NCBI GenBank assembly: GCA_951406725.2
Contig: OX597832.1
Coordinates: forward strand, 41,168,001-41,232,000
Length of the DNA stretch: 64,000 nt
Direction of reading: 5' to 3'
Source of the DNA: Octopus vulgaris
Lineage: Eukaryota
Below the pieces are notes generated by a model. That model ran no database searches, was not told the DNA's origin, and saw only the letters and a list, made by a program, of their open reading frames with translations. Positions within the stretch are counted from its first letter, which is position 1; each line of letters begins with the position of its first letter. Both the position numbers and the translations under genes were made by a program. Below are positions 41,177-55,500 of the stretch, piece by piece.

Positions 41177-42635
41177 TGTAAGTGCAGTTGAGATATTTTG
41201 CATATTACATGTGATAAATAAAGACAAAAGAAATATGTGTAATTTCAGAAAAATAAATAGACAAAGTAAAATGAACAGTACCATTTGATAGGCCATTTTC
41301 CTCCAGTGGTGGCACGATAATATTGGTTCTCCCCCACAGCTCGAGATAATCCAAAATCACTTATTTTAATCTGTGGAGCGAAAAAAAAAAAACCTGATGA
41401 ATAATAAAGGATGATTTTTAATATCATTAAATGATGTATGTACAATAATTATTAACCATTGTACAAACAATAACTCTGAGCACCTTTTCAAACTCCACCC
41501 GTGGACATATTTACAAAGTCAGAAAACAGCACAGCTCCCATGACTTCAGGAAACATTTTTTCACGCTGAGAGTTGCTGAAGCATGGAACAAACTGCCGGC
41601 ATCAGTTGTTAGTTGTCGGAGCACTGCATCCTTCAAAACTTCCATGCTTCCTGAGATTCGCCAACACTACACCTGATTTTCTCCCCTCCATACACACACA
41701 AGCATGTATCTGACTCATACATTGTTCGCTTTCCAGACATTTTTACATTACTGCATATGCTTTATACGCACTTTGTGACAAGTTGTGGTGCACCTGAGCA
41801 CTGTATACAATAATTTCATTATTATTATTTTAATAACAACTTCAAATGAGAGACTGTTTATGTTGTTGTTGTTGTTTAGTCCCAGAGCGTGTAAAAATAG
41901 ATGTTAAAATGATGATGATGATGATGATGTGTGCACGTGTGTATCCACATATCTTCACACTGACATTGTCTTGCGGGTGATGTTCTTTATATTTCCCACA
42001 AACAAAATGTCCAGCAGTTTTTTTTCACATGTGAAGATGCAGAATAACGTATCTTATTTTAAAAATCAGTAATGGTTGGCAAGAAGGACATCTGGTTCAG
42101 CCTCGCCTGGCCCCCGTGCCGGTGGCACATAAAAAGCACCATCCGATCGTGGCCGTTGTCAGCCTCGCCTGGCCCCCGTGCCTGTGGCACATAAAAAGCA
42201 CCATCCGATCGTGGCCGTTTGCCAGACTTGTCTGGCACCTGTGCCGGTGGCATGTAAAAAGCACCCACTACACTCATGGAGTGGTTGGCGTTAGGAAGGG
42301 CATCCAGCCGTAGAAACATTGCCAGATCAAACTGGGCCTGGTGCAGCCTTCTGGCTTCCCAGACCCCAGTTGAAATGTCCAACCCATGCTAGCATGGAAA
42401 GCGGACGCTAAACGATGATGATGATGATGATGATGATATATATATATATATATATATATATACAGCTGTCTCAAGAAGTCTTGTACAACCAATACCAGTT
42501 TGAAGAAAAAATAGTGTTAAAAACCTATACTAAACCTAAAATGAAGACTGAGTGATTAGGGGTGTATAAACTGGGGGTTAAACAACAACAAAATTAGCTT
42601 TAAGAGATAGAAGGAGAAGGAGAAGAAGAACAGCA

Positions 42636-42681
<46 letters not shown>

Positions 42682-45600
42682 TAATAATAATAATAATAAT
42701 AATAACAACAGCAACAACACAAATTCCAGATGCTGACAGAAGACTCAATTGATAGTCACCTGTTTTTTAGACTCTAAGAGGATATTTCTTGCTGCCAAAT
42801 CTCGATGCACCATTTTCTTTGATTCCAGATAAACCATTCCAAAGGCAATTTGAGATGCCCATAAAATCAGTTCTACTTTTGCATCAACTTTTGAAGGGTA
42901 ATCCAAGAGAAAGTCTAGCATTGATCCTTTCGGGACAAATTCTTCAACCTAAAAGTTTAAAAAAAAAAATATATATATATAGGTGCAGGAGTGGCTGTGT
43001 GGTAAGTAGCTTGCTAACCAACCACATGGTTCCGGGTTCAGTCCCACTGCGTGGGCAAGTGTCTTCTGCTATAGCCCCGGGCCGACCAATGCCTTGTGAG
43101 TGGATTTGGTAGATGGAAACTGAAAGAAGCCTGTCGTATATATGTATATATATATATGCATGTATGTGTGTGTATATGTTTGTGTGTTTGTCCCCGTCAC
43201 TTAGCGGTTTGGCAAAAGAGACCGATAGAATAAGTACTGGGCTTACAAAGAATAAGTCCCGGGGTCGATTTGCTCGACTAAAGGCGGTGCTCCAGCATGG
43301 CCGCAGTCAAATGACTGAAACAAGTAAAAGAGTAAAGAGTAAAGAGAGATATATATACATACATATCTTTGGTGTTGGTCAAATATGGAATTCTGATATC
43401 TTTCAGTTTTTATGTTTTACTTGTTTCAGTCATTTGACAGCAGCCATGCTAGGGCACTGCTTTGAAGGATTTTAGGCGAACAAATTGACCTCAGGACTTA
43501 TTTTGTTAAGCCTAGTATTTATTCAATCAGACTCATTTGTTGAACTGCTAAGTTACGGGGACGTAAACACACCAATACCAGTTGTCAAGCAGAGATACAA
43601 AGACACGCATATATGTATATGGAAGGCTTCTTTCAATTTTCTTCTACCAAATCTACCTACAAGGCTTTGGTTGTCCTGAAGCTATAGTAGAAGGCACTTG
43701 TCCAAGGTGCTACACAGGGGGACTGAACCCGGAACTATGTGGTTGGGAAGCAAGTTTCTTACCATGCAGCCATGCCTTATAATTTATCACATGGCTAGCT
43801 ATTTTGACAGGAGAAGGTTAGTAAATAGCATCAACACCACTACATGACTGGTACTTTATCTTATTGATTTCAAAAGGACGAAAATCAGAAATTGTCTCGG
43901 GAGGAATTTGAACTCAGAACACAAAGAGCTGGAAGAAGTATTACAAGGCATTTTACTCAACACTAACAAATCTGTGAATCCACCACCATTATAATAATAA
44001 CGGTTTCAAATTTTGGCACAAGGCCAGCAATTTTGGGGGAGGGGAAATGTTGATTACATTGACCCTAGTGCTCAACTGGGACTTATTTTACTGATCTCAA
44101 AAGGAAGAAAGGTAAAGTTGTCCTTGGCATAATTTGAATTCAGAATATACAGATGGACAAAATGCCACCTTCACCTTTATAATAATAATGTTTCTAACTT
44201 TGAAAACTAGATGTACATTCCCAAATATCTTATTCCAATTGATAATAGAAATATGGTTCCATACATTATTTAGGCCACTTTCAACTGTTCAGGTAACACC
44301 GTTGCTTCTTTGTTCAAAAAGCAGAGGTGAAGATAGCGCCAAGTATTGTTGGGTCCTTGGGGACAGTATCAGAAGGCACCAAAAACATAAAGGAAATGGG
44401 AATAGAGTGCCCAGTAGAACTGTTACAAAAGGTTTACCTCCTTGGCATGGCCAGAATCATCAGAAAAGCATTAGGTAGTTGAAAAGAACAGATAGCATGG
44501 TACCACCTGTATTATCTCTTGTGAAGGGTAGAAGAGCCCAGTTTGCTGGACATTGTTGTAGAGCTGAAAATGAGGTAATTTCCACTCTTCTCCTCTGGAA
44601 GCCATCTGCTCACAATACCAGAGGGTGCACACTTTCCTACCCTGATGTAAACTCCAGAGATACAGGCATCAAGCAACAGGACCTCCGTAATACCATGATG
44701 GACTGTGAAGTCTGGCGTAGCATAGTAAATTCCATTGTCTCGACCACGGTCGAACAATGATGATGACATAGGCTGCATGTAGCAAGATTGCTAAGCATGC
44801 AAGACCCCAGGAGTTCCAACAAAGCCTGAATTAAAATGATGACGATGATAATTTCAGATGTAAACAAAAGGATTCAAATTTTGTCAAAGAGTACAGTGGA
44901 TTGTATCAACATTAGTACTCATGACTGGTTCTTATTTTATCAACCCTGAAATGAAAAGAAGTAAAATAAAGTTGTTCTGGCAGGATTTGAACTCAGATTG
45001 TAAAGAGGTAGAAACTAAGAACCTCAAGATTTATAAAGGGTGTGGAATACCCCTTATAAATCTTGGTTTAACCCTTTAGTATTTAAATCAGCCACATCCG
45101 GCCAAAATAGTTAATCTGTTTTATGTTCAAACTGACCAGATCCAGGTCCTCACACCTACCCCACAATGTTATTCTACATTAAGTAATTACACCATCAAGA
45201 TCTTGAAGATATGAGATAATGCATGATTAATTCAAATCAATGGGAATCAATAGGCATTACGTTTGATTGAATAATCTGAACGCTAAAGGGTTAACTGGAT
45301 TGGTGAGGGAATATGACAGTTTGTAGTAGTGTAACATAAAACAATACATAAAAAGGCGAAAACGGTGCTGCCACCTACCAGCATCAAAGGCATCTGACAG
45401 AGACCGATTAGTTTGGTGATACATATATGGTCCAAGTTCATCATAATCTTTGCTTCTCGACAGAAGTCCGAAGTGCTGTTCACAACATTATTATTAAAGG
45501 TTTTCAAAGCAACTGTTATCTAAAAATAATATAAAAACAGAAATTTAAAATACAGAAAACAGAAAGTAGGATTTTATCAAAATGTTTTTGTGATTTTATT

Positions 45601-48600
45601 ATTTCAGCCTTTAACTTCACAACCACTGTGCTACATCTATCTGTCTGTATATCTATAAACCTGTTTGACAATTTACCTGCTTCTCTTTATATTTGTCTCT
45701 CTATCTAATTATTGATTGCTATTATTAGTATGGAATCGCAAATTTTTAAAGGAATTTATAGTCAATTAAATGGAGTCAGCCCAGGAAGGATAAAATGCAA
45801 AGTTGACCTCAATAACGCTCTCCTACACGTATAATACACAAAAAGCTATAAATGATGCATGGTTTTCTGGTTCATACCATGAAAGGTTGTATTATCCATT
45901 CATTGAACAAAAACCTATAAAGGTCATGGGAAGTAAAGTTCATTAGAATTGGTTGTGTTTGTTGTCAACCAAACAGATAGAAGGAATTGAAACTTATGCA
46001 AATACATATAGCCTTATTTGAAAAATGCGAATAATTTTGTGTGCTAATTTAGTAACAATGTGTTAGCTAATATACCAACAAAAACTGGTTTGTTAAGTAA
46101 AATAGCAATGTTTTAAAGGGAATGGTTTTTTAACAAAAAGTGTGACCAACATAAAACGTGTTTGGTCTAATCGAGACAAGGCGAACCAGTGCCCTTGACA
46201 TTGTTTGCTCAGGATGTTTTACACCCACAAATATTTTTTAAAATACAAGAGTATTTTTTGATGAATCCTCATTGCTTAGTCTTTAGTAAAAGATGGCTCA
46301 TTCATGACAGACTAATAATTATAATGATAGTGGATAAACTTATTTTTTTCCAGAGAGAAAAATGAGTTTCATAACTCGTTAAGTTGTAGGAGCATCTGAG
46401 CTAGCAAGCAAACCTTCTTCTGAATTAGAAAGCCCTCTGCTTAATTAGCAAGCTCACCCCTGAACAAGAGAGCCCTTCTTTGTATTAGTAAGCTTTCATG
46501 GAAAGTTTTTAGACCCCTTTCACACAGGAAGTTTGTATCATTGAACTTGGGTTGGTTGGGATCAAATGAGTTAATCTACTCAACTCTATAAAAGCACCTG
46601 CTGCAAGTAGAGTGGGGTGGGAGTGGTGGTGGTGGTGGGGGAGACCAAAGTTGAAAAATCCTTGGAACTTCTGAAATGGATTAGCAGCGTAGAATGATAT
46701 AATCTCAAAAAGCGAAATACAGGAATGGATTTATTTTACCTTTTTACTTTTTTTGCCATCATGAATAGTTAAAGTTCCTTTCACTACTTCACCAAATTCT
46801 CCAAGACCTAAAAGACCACCTGTGAGACAAATGCAATAAAAAAAAAAGACATTTAATTAACGGATTCAAGCTATTTTCAATTTATTACAAACAAATTCCC
46901 CCCCCCCCAGCCCACTACATAACTACCTCTGTTGTTATACTCATCATCACTATCATCATCATTACCACTACCAACCACCATGACCACCACTACCATCATC
47001 ATCATCATTGTTCAACCATGGTCGAGACAATGGAATTTACTATGTTACGCCAGACTTCATGGTCCATCATAGCATTACGGAGGTCCTGTTGCTGGATGCT
47101 GGATCCTGTATGATCTCATAACTTCAAGATTTCAATGATGTGATAATATAACAGCAGAGTTAGGACCCAGTTGAACCCTTGCTTTCCAGGCAGCCGTCCT
47201 CTCTTTAGCTTTCCTGATTATTTCAACTCCAAGAGTCGTATTCTAAAGCACACAGCACAACACCACAGCAAGTGATCTTCAGCAACTGATAGTTCATCAA
47301 AGACGATCTGTTTGGAGCAGGGGTTCTCAACCATTTTTTTTTATCTATGTGGACCCCTTTGATTACTTTTTTATTCTGGAGGATCCCATAGCCATTTGAT
47401 GTTTAAAAACTAGTTTTAATGAAACTTCTTTCGAAAATCCTTATTTTGTTTTTCACACATTAGTTCATGTCAGTTGATCTATGTAAAAGGATCTTTTCGG
47501 TTTGAACGGCAGTTTTTTCTAGCAGTGTCATATGAAATTGTCACCCATAATTATAACCCTAGTATCGATCTATTGCATTTCAATCTGTTTTAGGGTTAGG
47601 GGTGGGAGGAAGGGTATTTTTTTTCTTCAGAAATGTAAATAAGCCCAATCTATTTCTTAAACGAGGGACATATTCATACGGCACAGAATGTTTTCACCTC
47701 AATAGACGTCATTCATTGGTTGAAATTGCAGAAATTGAAGAAAAAAAACAACAAATATCTTACAAACTATAGAATTTTCTCAATAAAGCTAAGAGAAAAA
47801 GATGTTTTATAAACACATTCTACCAGTATACGAAGTTTAAAAGTGTTTAGTTACGTGGAAATTATTTTCAAAAAATGCCGTTCAAACCGAAAAGATCCAT
47901 GTAAAATGTTAGAGAAAGAAATCTATCTGTTTCTTGCAATGCATACATCTAAAGCAAAACTTTTTCAGGGGCTCTTAAAATACTATTGTGGAAGCCCAAT
48001 TTATTATTTTGTTGTTTCAGAGAATCAGGTGTCGGGCATGCATCCTATATGTCCAATCTACTACTAGATACACAGATGGCTATCATGAATAATATATTTC
48101 TCAAGATGCTGAAGCAGAGGTCTGACCATGTGGTTAGACAAACCAATAACCACATGGAAAAGCATTATGAAATAGCAGTCAAATCTACTTACTACTGTGA
48201 GTAAAGTTTGAGAGTTTATTTAAAGGTTTAGGAGTGTAGTGAAGGTTTGGGAGTTACAATGTGGATTAAGGAATACACTGAAGAACTGACCTTTCTTGAT
48301 GTCTCTGAAGTCAATGAAATGGAAATTTGTTTCTGTATGTTCGGGTTGTGAGGTGGGTGGAACTGGAGGCTGAATTTACAGGAAAAAGAAAAAAAACATA
48401 AAGTTTTTATGAAGCATATAACAGATGTTTTGGATAGTAAATACAATGTATAAAGACATGGCTGTGATTAGAAGTTTGCTTCACAACCATGTAGTTTCAG
48501 GTTCAGTCACACTGCATGACACCATGTGAGTAGATTTCGTAGAAAGAAGCCTGTCAGGTATGTATGTGTATAAACATAAACACACACACAAGTTTGTTTA

Positions 48601-51600
48601 TTAAAATGTTCTCACATTCCAAAAGCTATTACTCAGCATTATAAAAAAGCAGTATCTGTTGCCAGCGGTCATTTAGCTTAATGGTACAGAGCACTTGGCT
48701 GGAATTTTGAGAGGTGCAGGTTTTTATTCCCTGTGGAGGCTTGCTGGCCACTTTTTTCTATTTTCTAAAGGGTATTTACTAGGCCTCGAAACCGAAACCG
48801 GTTTTATATTATGATCAGTAAAGCCGAAACCGATTTGCCAAAACCGATTAAGGCTTGCTGTTTCGGATCTTTTCAATAAAAGATGTTTTATATAACACAT
48901 TCTATCAGTATACGAAGTTTAAAAGTGTTTAGTTACAAATAACTATTTTTTTAAATGCGCCGATCAAAGTGAAAAGATCCGCTGTTTCTACTTTTTTTTT
49001 TTCACAAAACATTTCTCCATTTTTTCTTTTGAAGAAATATCGTTGAAACTGAACTAACTGAACTGTTGTCGGTCGCCTTTAGTTGAGAGTGCTGTCTGTT
49101 TCGTTGAAACATATCGCAACATATCAATTCTCACCTTCTTTCCCCATGAACCTTAGATCAGCTCCTTGTCATCTTCGGTAACCCCCGGCTGACTCTTTGA
49201 ACTTGCAGGTAACAGAGTTTATTCATAGCAAGTCAAGGGAATGCTGTTAGTTTTCAGTCGGGTGATCTTTCCCGTTGAGCATATGTAATAACCAGTTCCA
49301 GATTTTTTTATAAAAAAAAGTGAAGAGATCGCTATAACAGACGACAGTGATCGCCATAACAGACGACAGTGATCGCCATAACAGACGACAGTGATCGCCA
49401 TAACAGACGATAGTGATGACGAAGCTGACATAAGCCAACAAGACATACTTTGTCAAACAGATTTGGCTCACGAAAATGCTTGTTTTCCCCAGCTAAAACT
49501 TGAATTTAACAGAGTTTTAAATAAGGTAAGAAATATTTCAAAACTTTTCCGTAAATCTCCTACAAAAAATGAAATTTCGCAAGATTTTGTACGAGCGAAC
49601 TTTGATAACAGAGAATATAAACTTATACTGGATTGCAGAACTCGGTAGAATGGCACATTCCATATGATTGAGAGATTTTTGAAATAGAAAAGCTGCATTC
49701 CAAATGCTCCACGAGCAGAACTTTCCACAGATGCCGAAGCTGACGAAGAATGGAAATCTCTCAATTTACTATATGAAATTCTGCTTCCAGTAGAAATGAT
49801 TTTGAAGGCTATTTGCGTTGATGATACGGGTTTACTGAAAGCGGAATATTCTTTAGAATTTTTATTGAATAAACCTAATATCGTCGGCAACCCTTTGGTT
49901 CTAAATCTTCGTGAAAGACTTGGGCATAGATATAATAAGAGAAGAAATGTCGAAACCTTGACTCTCTTGAGGTATTTATATAACCCAATGAAATTTAAAG
50001 GTGAGTCAATATCTGGACCTTTTCTTTTTATAACGAAACAATATTTAAGGAAGTATGCTGAACAAACATATAGGAGATTATTTCCTGAACATGATGCTGG
50101 GAACACAACAGAATTATACAAAGAAAATGAAATAGGAGGAAACCTAAAAACAAGTGTTACTGTTGTCCCATCTACTTATGAAGGTAATGGACTCATTCGT
50201 GAATAAAACAAGCGCAATGAAGAAAATGAATGAAGAGCCCAAGATGGTAACAGATGGATTTGAAATCTCTAACGAATTCGGGTACTATTTAAGAAGAGTG
50301 GTCCCGGTGTGCACACTCGCGCATCCGCGCTAGCTAGTCGTGACTAGTCGATCCTACAACGACTACCTAGCAAAGTAAATAAAACACAAAATAAATAATT
50401 TTTTTAAAACAAAGTAAATAAAACACAAAGTAAGGATCGACTAGTCACGACTAGCTAGCGGGACCACTCTTCTTAAGTAGAACCCGCGAAAACCGGTTTT
50501 TAACCGGTTTTGAGAATTACTTATACTTGAACTCGGTTTTGGGAATTATCGGTTTTTTGCGAGCCCTAGTATTTACCTGGTTTTCTAAGCTGTCTTCCTA
50601 GTCCACCTGTGTTTGAGAATCTCTTTATTTTCTGTAGAATACCGATACAGCTGGTGCTTATAAGTTTAGAAAATGTTCACATATATATATATACTAGCAG
50701 TATCGCCCGGCGTTGCTCGGGTTTGTAAGGGAAATAACTATATAAACATTTTTAGAGAGTCATAGCCAAAAATGCATTAAAAATGGGAAAAAAATGATGG
50801 TAAATTTTTTTTAAATCGTTGACTCATCGTAGACATTTTTAGAGAGTTACTTCCCTTATATAATAGCGAAAAAATGCATTAAAATGGAAAAAATGATGGT
50901 AAATTTTTTTTTAAATCGTAGACTCATCGTAGACGCGCGCTAATACCCAGAAGGGCTCGATATGAATCACGACTATAAGATACCCGCTTTTGGTTACACT
51001 GCACCGCAAAATGTGGGAGTAGTTAGGAATCTAAATCGTAGGAGACAGACACACAACCTCTCTTTTATATATAAAGATATATATATATACGAACTAATTG
51101 CATGAACTAAAAGCTGGAGGTGGACAGGTAAATTGCATCAACTTGCAGGTAGTAATTTTACCTTGGCCTTATTCTTAGTGCAAGTTTTGAAGAGTGCAGT
51201 TCGATTTTAACATTTATTCTTTCAAAGCTATAATCGAAGTGTTCTGACTTGTTTTGTACCAAAATCACCTGCAACCACCTATAATTATTATTGCTATTAT
51301 TATCAGTTACTTATATTTACCAAAGATAATATTAACAATAATAACATCTTTCTTCGAATGTTTACATTCAAATTTTACTCATAAACATATTTTCACTGAG
51401 GTGGGCTGATTTTGGTGCAAAACAAGTCAGAATGCCAATAGATGTTCAATGTGATGGATTTAGAATTTTTCCCCAAACAATTCATGCTGATGAGGGTTGA
51501 GACCCACAGGCCAGAACCCGAAATCATGGCACATGAATATCTGAATGACATAACCCTTAATGGTATGTTTTTAATTATTTAATTCTTTAACCGTTTCCTT

Positions 51601-51868
51601 GCTTTCTGTTGTCTCTGTCATATTTTGGTGCTTTTGGTGGTGGATTTGGGATTTTGACTCCTATTTCTAAACAGGTTTGATACCTTGTGTGTCCTTAAAT
51701 TTAGTACTTATTTAAAATTTTATATAATTTTGTATATATATATATATAAATTGGCCTGCTCGCTTAGCCAGCGGGGTGGCGTCATTTGAAGGCTAAAACA
51801 ATGCGAAGTGCATTGTGACCAGCGATGTGTAGCAACATCTGATAGCCTGGTCAGTCACAGTGATCACA

Positions 51869-51907
<39 letters not shown>

Positions 51908-52546
51908 GTAAATGTAATATGTGACAATTATTCAGTAGCCATGATAAAACTCCGAGTTTCAGATGTCGGGGTGGAAATCCATGCCACCATCTCTTCAGCT
52001 ATCAATAGCATTTTTTCCGATGGTCGGCTAACTGAAGAGATGGTGGCATGGATTCCCACCCCGACATCCGAAACTCGAAGTTTTATCATGGCTACCAAAT
52101 AATTGTCACATATTCCATTTACAGATAAATTCCTCTATTTACATAACATCGAGGTCTCTTTCTTTCGTTATCTTACCGTTTTTACCAATATATATATATA
52201 TTACCCTTACTCTTTTACTTGTTTCAGTCATTTGACTGCGGCCATGCTGGAGCACCGCCTTTAATCGAGCGAATCGACCCCGGGACTTATTCTTTGTAAG
52301 CCCAGTGCTTATTCTATGGTTTCTTTTGCTGAACCGCTAAGTGACGGGGACATAAACATACCAGCACATAAACACACACACGCATTTATATATATATATT
52401 TCATATATACGACGGGCTTCTACCAAATCCACTCACAAGGCTTTGGTCGGCCAGAAGACACTTGCCCAAGATGCCACGCAGTGGGACTGAACCTGGATCC
52501 ATATGGTTGGTTAGCAAGCTACTTACCACACAGCCACTCCTGCGCC

Positions 52547-52580
<34 letters not shown>

Positions 52581-55500
52581 AAATAGAGATGAAGGAGGGA
52601 GAATAGAGGGTGGGTGAGAGGGAGAGAGAGAGGGAGAAAGTGGAAAGGTGAGAAGATGAGTTTAAGAATTATTAAAATGTGGTGAATATAATTGAAAATG
52701 ATGATGATGATGATGGCGATGACAATGACAACAACAACAGCAATGATGACAATGATCCTCATGGAGATGGTTGTGATAAGAATGGTGATAAAAATGGTAA
52801 GTGGGAATGATGATAATGACATTCATGGTAATTTATGAGGAGACTTACTGGAACTGGTGGAGGTACCCTCAGAGGAACTGATGTCCTTGTCCGTTGGACT
52901 GGAACTTCTGTAAAAGTAGAACAGAAAATTTATTTTTAATATTTCCACAGAAATAATTTCTTAAAATCATTCTCTTTTACAATTTCTTCTCTGATTCCAT
53001 TCATCCAAAATGTGGACTGACCAAACAGTTATTGTTGTGGAAGAGTATCAAAAGAAGTAGTACTGTTGATGGAGGGTGTGGACGTTGGAAGAACCATCTC
53101 CATAGGTACTCTATAGAAATTATAACCAGCACTGATCTTTGGTATGGCATTTCATCCTGAGACGTCAGATGTAAACAAGCAATGAGGTTGAAGATGAAAA
53201 TAAGGGTAATGTGCATATATGCCATATTTTGGAGGGGTTTTGCTCCTTCATCAGCACCCATCTAACCCCTTAGTCATCCATGAACACATTGCTTAAACAG
53301 TCACTAAATACAGTTGTGTAACATTATTCGATATACTAGTTTTGGCCGATGCCAGTGCTGCCGTGACTGGCGTCTGTGCTGGTGGCATGTAAAATGCACC
53401 AACCAATCGTGGCTGTTGCCAGCCTCCTCTAGCACCTGTGCCAGTGACACGTAAAAAGCACCCATTACACTCACGGAGTGGTTGGCGTTAGGAAGGGCAT
53501 CCAGCTGCAGAAACACTGCCAGATCAGACTGGAGCTTGGTGTATCCTCCTGGCTTCCCAGACCCTGGTCGAACCGTCCAACCCATGCTAGCATGGAAAAC
53601 GGACGTTAAACAATGATGATGATGATGATGGTATGTAAATATTGACTTGTAGGGATGCAGTATGTTGGCATCCGTGATGGTGGCATGTAAAAAGAACCAA
53701 CCAATTGTGGCTGTTGCCAGCCTCTCTGGCCCCCTGTGCCGGTGGCACGTAAAAATCACCCACTAAACTCACGGAGTGGTTGACGTTAGGAAGGGCATCC
53801 AGCTGTAGAAACACTGCCAGATCAGACTGGAGCCTGGTGCAGCCTCCCGGCTTCCCAGACCCTGGTCGAACCATCGAACCCATGCTAGCATGGAAAGCAG
53901 ACGCTAAACGATGATGATGATGGTATGTAAATATTGACTTGTAGAGGTTTCATTATGCAACAACAATATAATATAAACTATATTAAACGTTTTTATAAGT
54001 TAATACTATGTTCAACTTTACACTGATTTTTGCTATGATGTTATATATACGAATGTATAAATATTTGAAAAATGTTTACCTAGATCTTCTGATTTTAAAC
54101 GTAATAAGTTTTTATTTAACCTTGGTATTTCATAGATATCACCTTCTGTAATAAATATAAGCAAAAATTATGATAATGGTAATATTAGTTTCAAATTTTG
54201 GCACAGGGCCAGCAAGTTCGGAGGAGAGAATGAGTCAATTACATCAACCCCAGTGTTCAACTGGTACTTATTTCATCAACCTTGAAAAGATGAAAGGCAA
54301 ACACCCATAATATTATTAACCATCTTACTAACAATAACTCTGAGCACCTTTTCAAACTCCACCCGTCTAACACCCGTGGACATGTTTACAAAGTCAGAAA
54401 ACAGCACAGCTTCCATGACTTTTGGAAACATTTTTTTGGAAATAGTTGTTAGTTGTCGGAGCACTGCATCCTTCAAAACTTCCATGCTTCCTGAGATCGC
54501 CAACACTACACCTGATTTTCTCCCCTCCATACACACTGTTCATTTTCCAGACATTTGTACATTACTGCATATGCTTTATACGCACTTTTGACAAGTTGTG
54601 GTGCACCTGAGTACTGTATACAATAATTTCATTATCATTATTATTATTCTATGTTTGACTTTTGCTTTATATTTGTACAAGTTGGCTCCAAGTCTCACCC
54701 AGAGACCTCAAGAGACAACAGGTTGGAAGTTCATGTTGTTGTTATGCCTAGTGTGCCATATATTTGGTTTTGTACTTAGTGTTGTACTTGTGAATGTCTA
54801 AAAAACCATACGCAAATTGTTTGTTTTAAACCTTGAGATTACATAGAAAGTATTTTGCGTAGGATATGAGCAGTTCCCATGAGCACTATCTTTTGAATTT
54901 CTGCCATTTTTGGGTTTCCTGGTATCTGAGTTAGGTAGCAATCAACCCTTTTGCTATCATTCCCAGGGAACCTGTGACAACAGGTATTGTTTTAGTCTTC
55001 AGGTTCCACATTTTGCTGATTTCTATTTCAAGATCTATTTCAATCTATTTCTATTTCAATAATATGTGTGTCTGTGTTTGTCTCCCCAACATCGCTTGAC
55101 AACCGATGCTGGTGTGTTTACATCCCCAAAACTTAGCAGTTCGGCAAAAGAGACCAATAGAATAAGCACTAGGCTTACAAAGAATAAGTCCTGGGATCAA
55201 TTTGCTCGACTAAAAAGGACAGTGCTCCAGCATGGCCACAATCAAATGACTGAAACAAGTAAAAGAGTACAATAGAATGTTGACTGTATAGTAGATAGTA
55301 GAGCATGAACAATAGAGTGCCTACTTTACACTCTAATGTTAATAGTGCAGTAGTGCTCATAGTGTAGGAGAATTCATGGCACAGGTGAGTATTGAAAGCT
55401 CAAAAGGGTGTTGAAAGATCAGCAGAGTGCTGAAAGCTTAGAAGAATATAGAGTTGAGTCATTTGTATGATACTTACCTACTGACAGACCATGCTTAAGT

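Larger units (their letters stand above)
48780..50568 (+). mobile_element. hAT transposon with a decayed transposase
   Basis: TAGG termini, 8-bp TSD GTATTTAC (48772-48779 and 50569-50576), AAACCG sub-terminal repeats, and peptide [13 protein letters not shown]...[18 protein letters not shown] matching the hAT DxxTRWNS motif. Confidence 0.9.

Noticed and set aside
40537-41296. Long poly-His, poly-Asp, poly-Met and poly-Ile ORFs
   Set aside because: They are readings of an intronic (GAT)n microsatellite.
49468-50121. 217-aa minus-strand ORF
   Set aside because: It is the antisense frame of the decayed hAT transposase.
47318-50624. One large hAT-like element spanning the nested cluster
   Set aside because: No TSD match, and a required kinase exon (48291-48369) lies inside.
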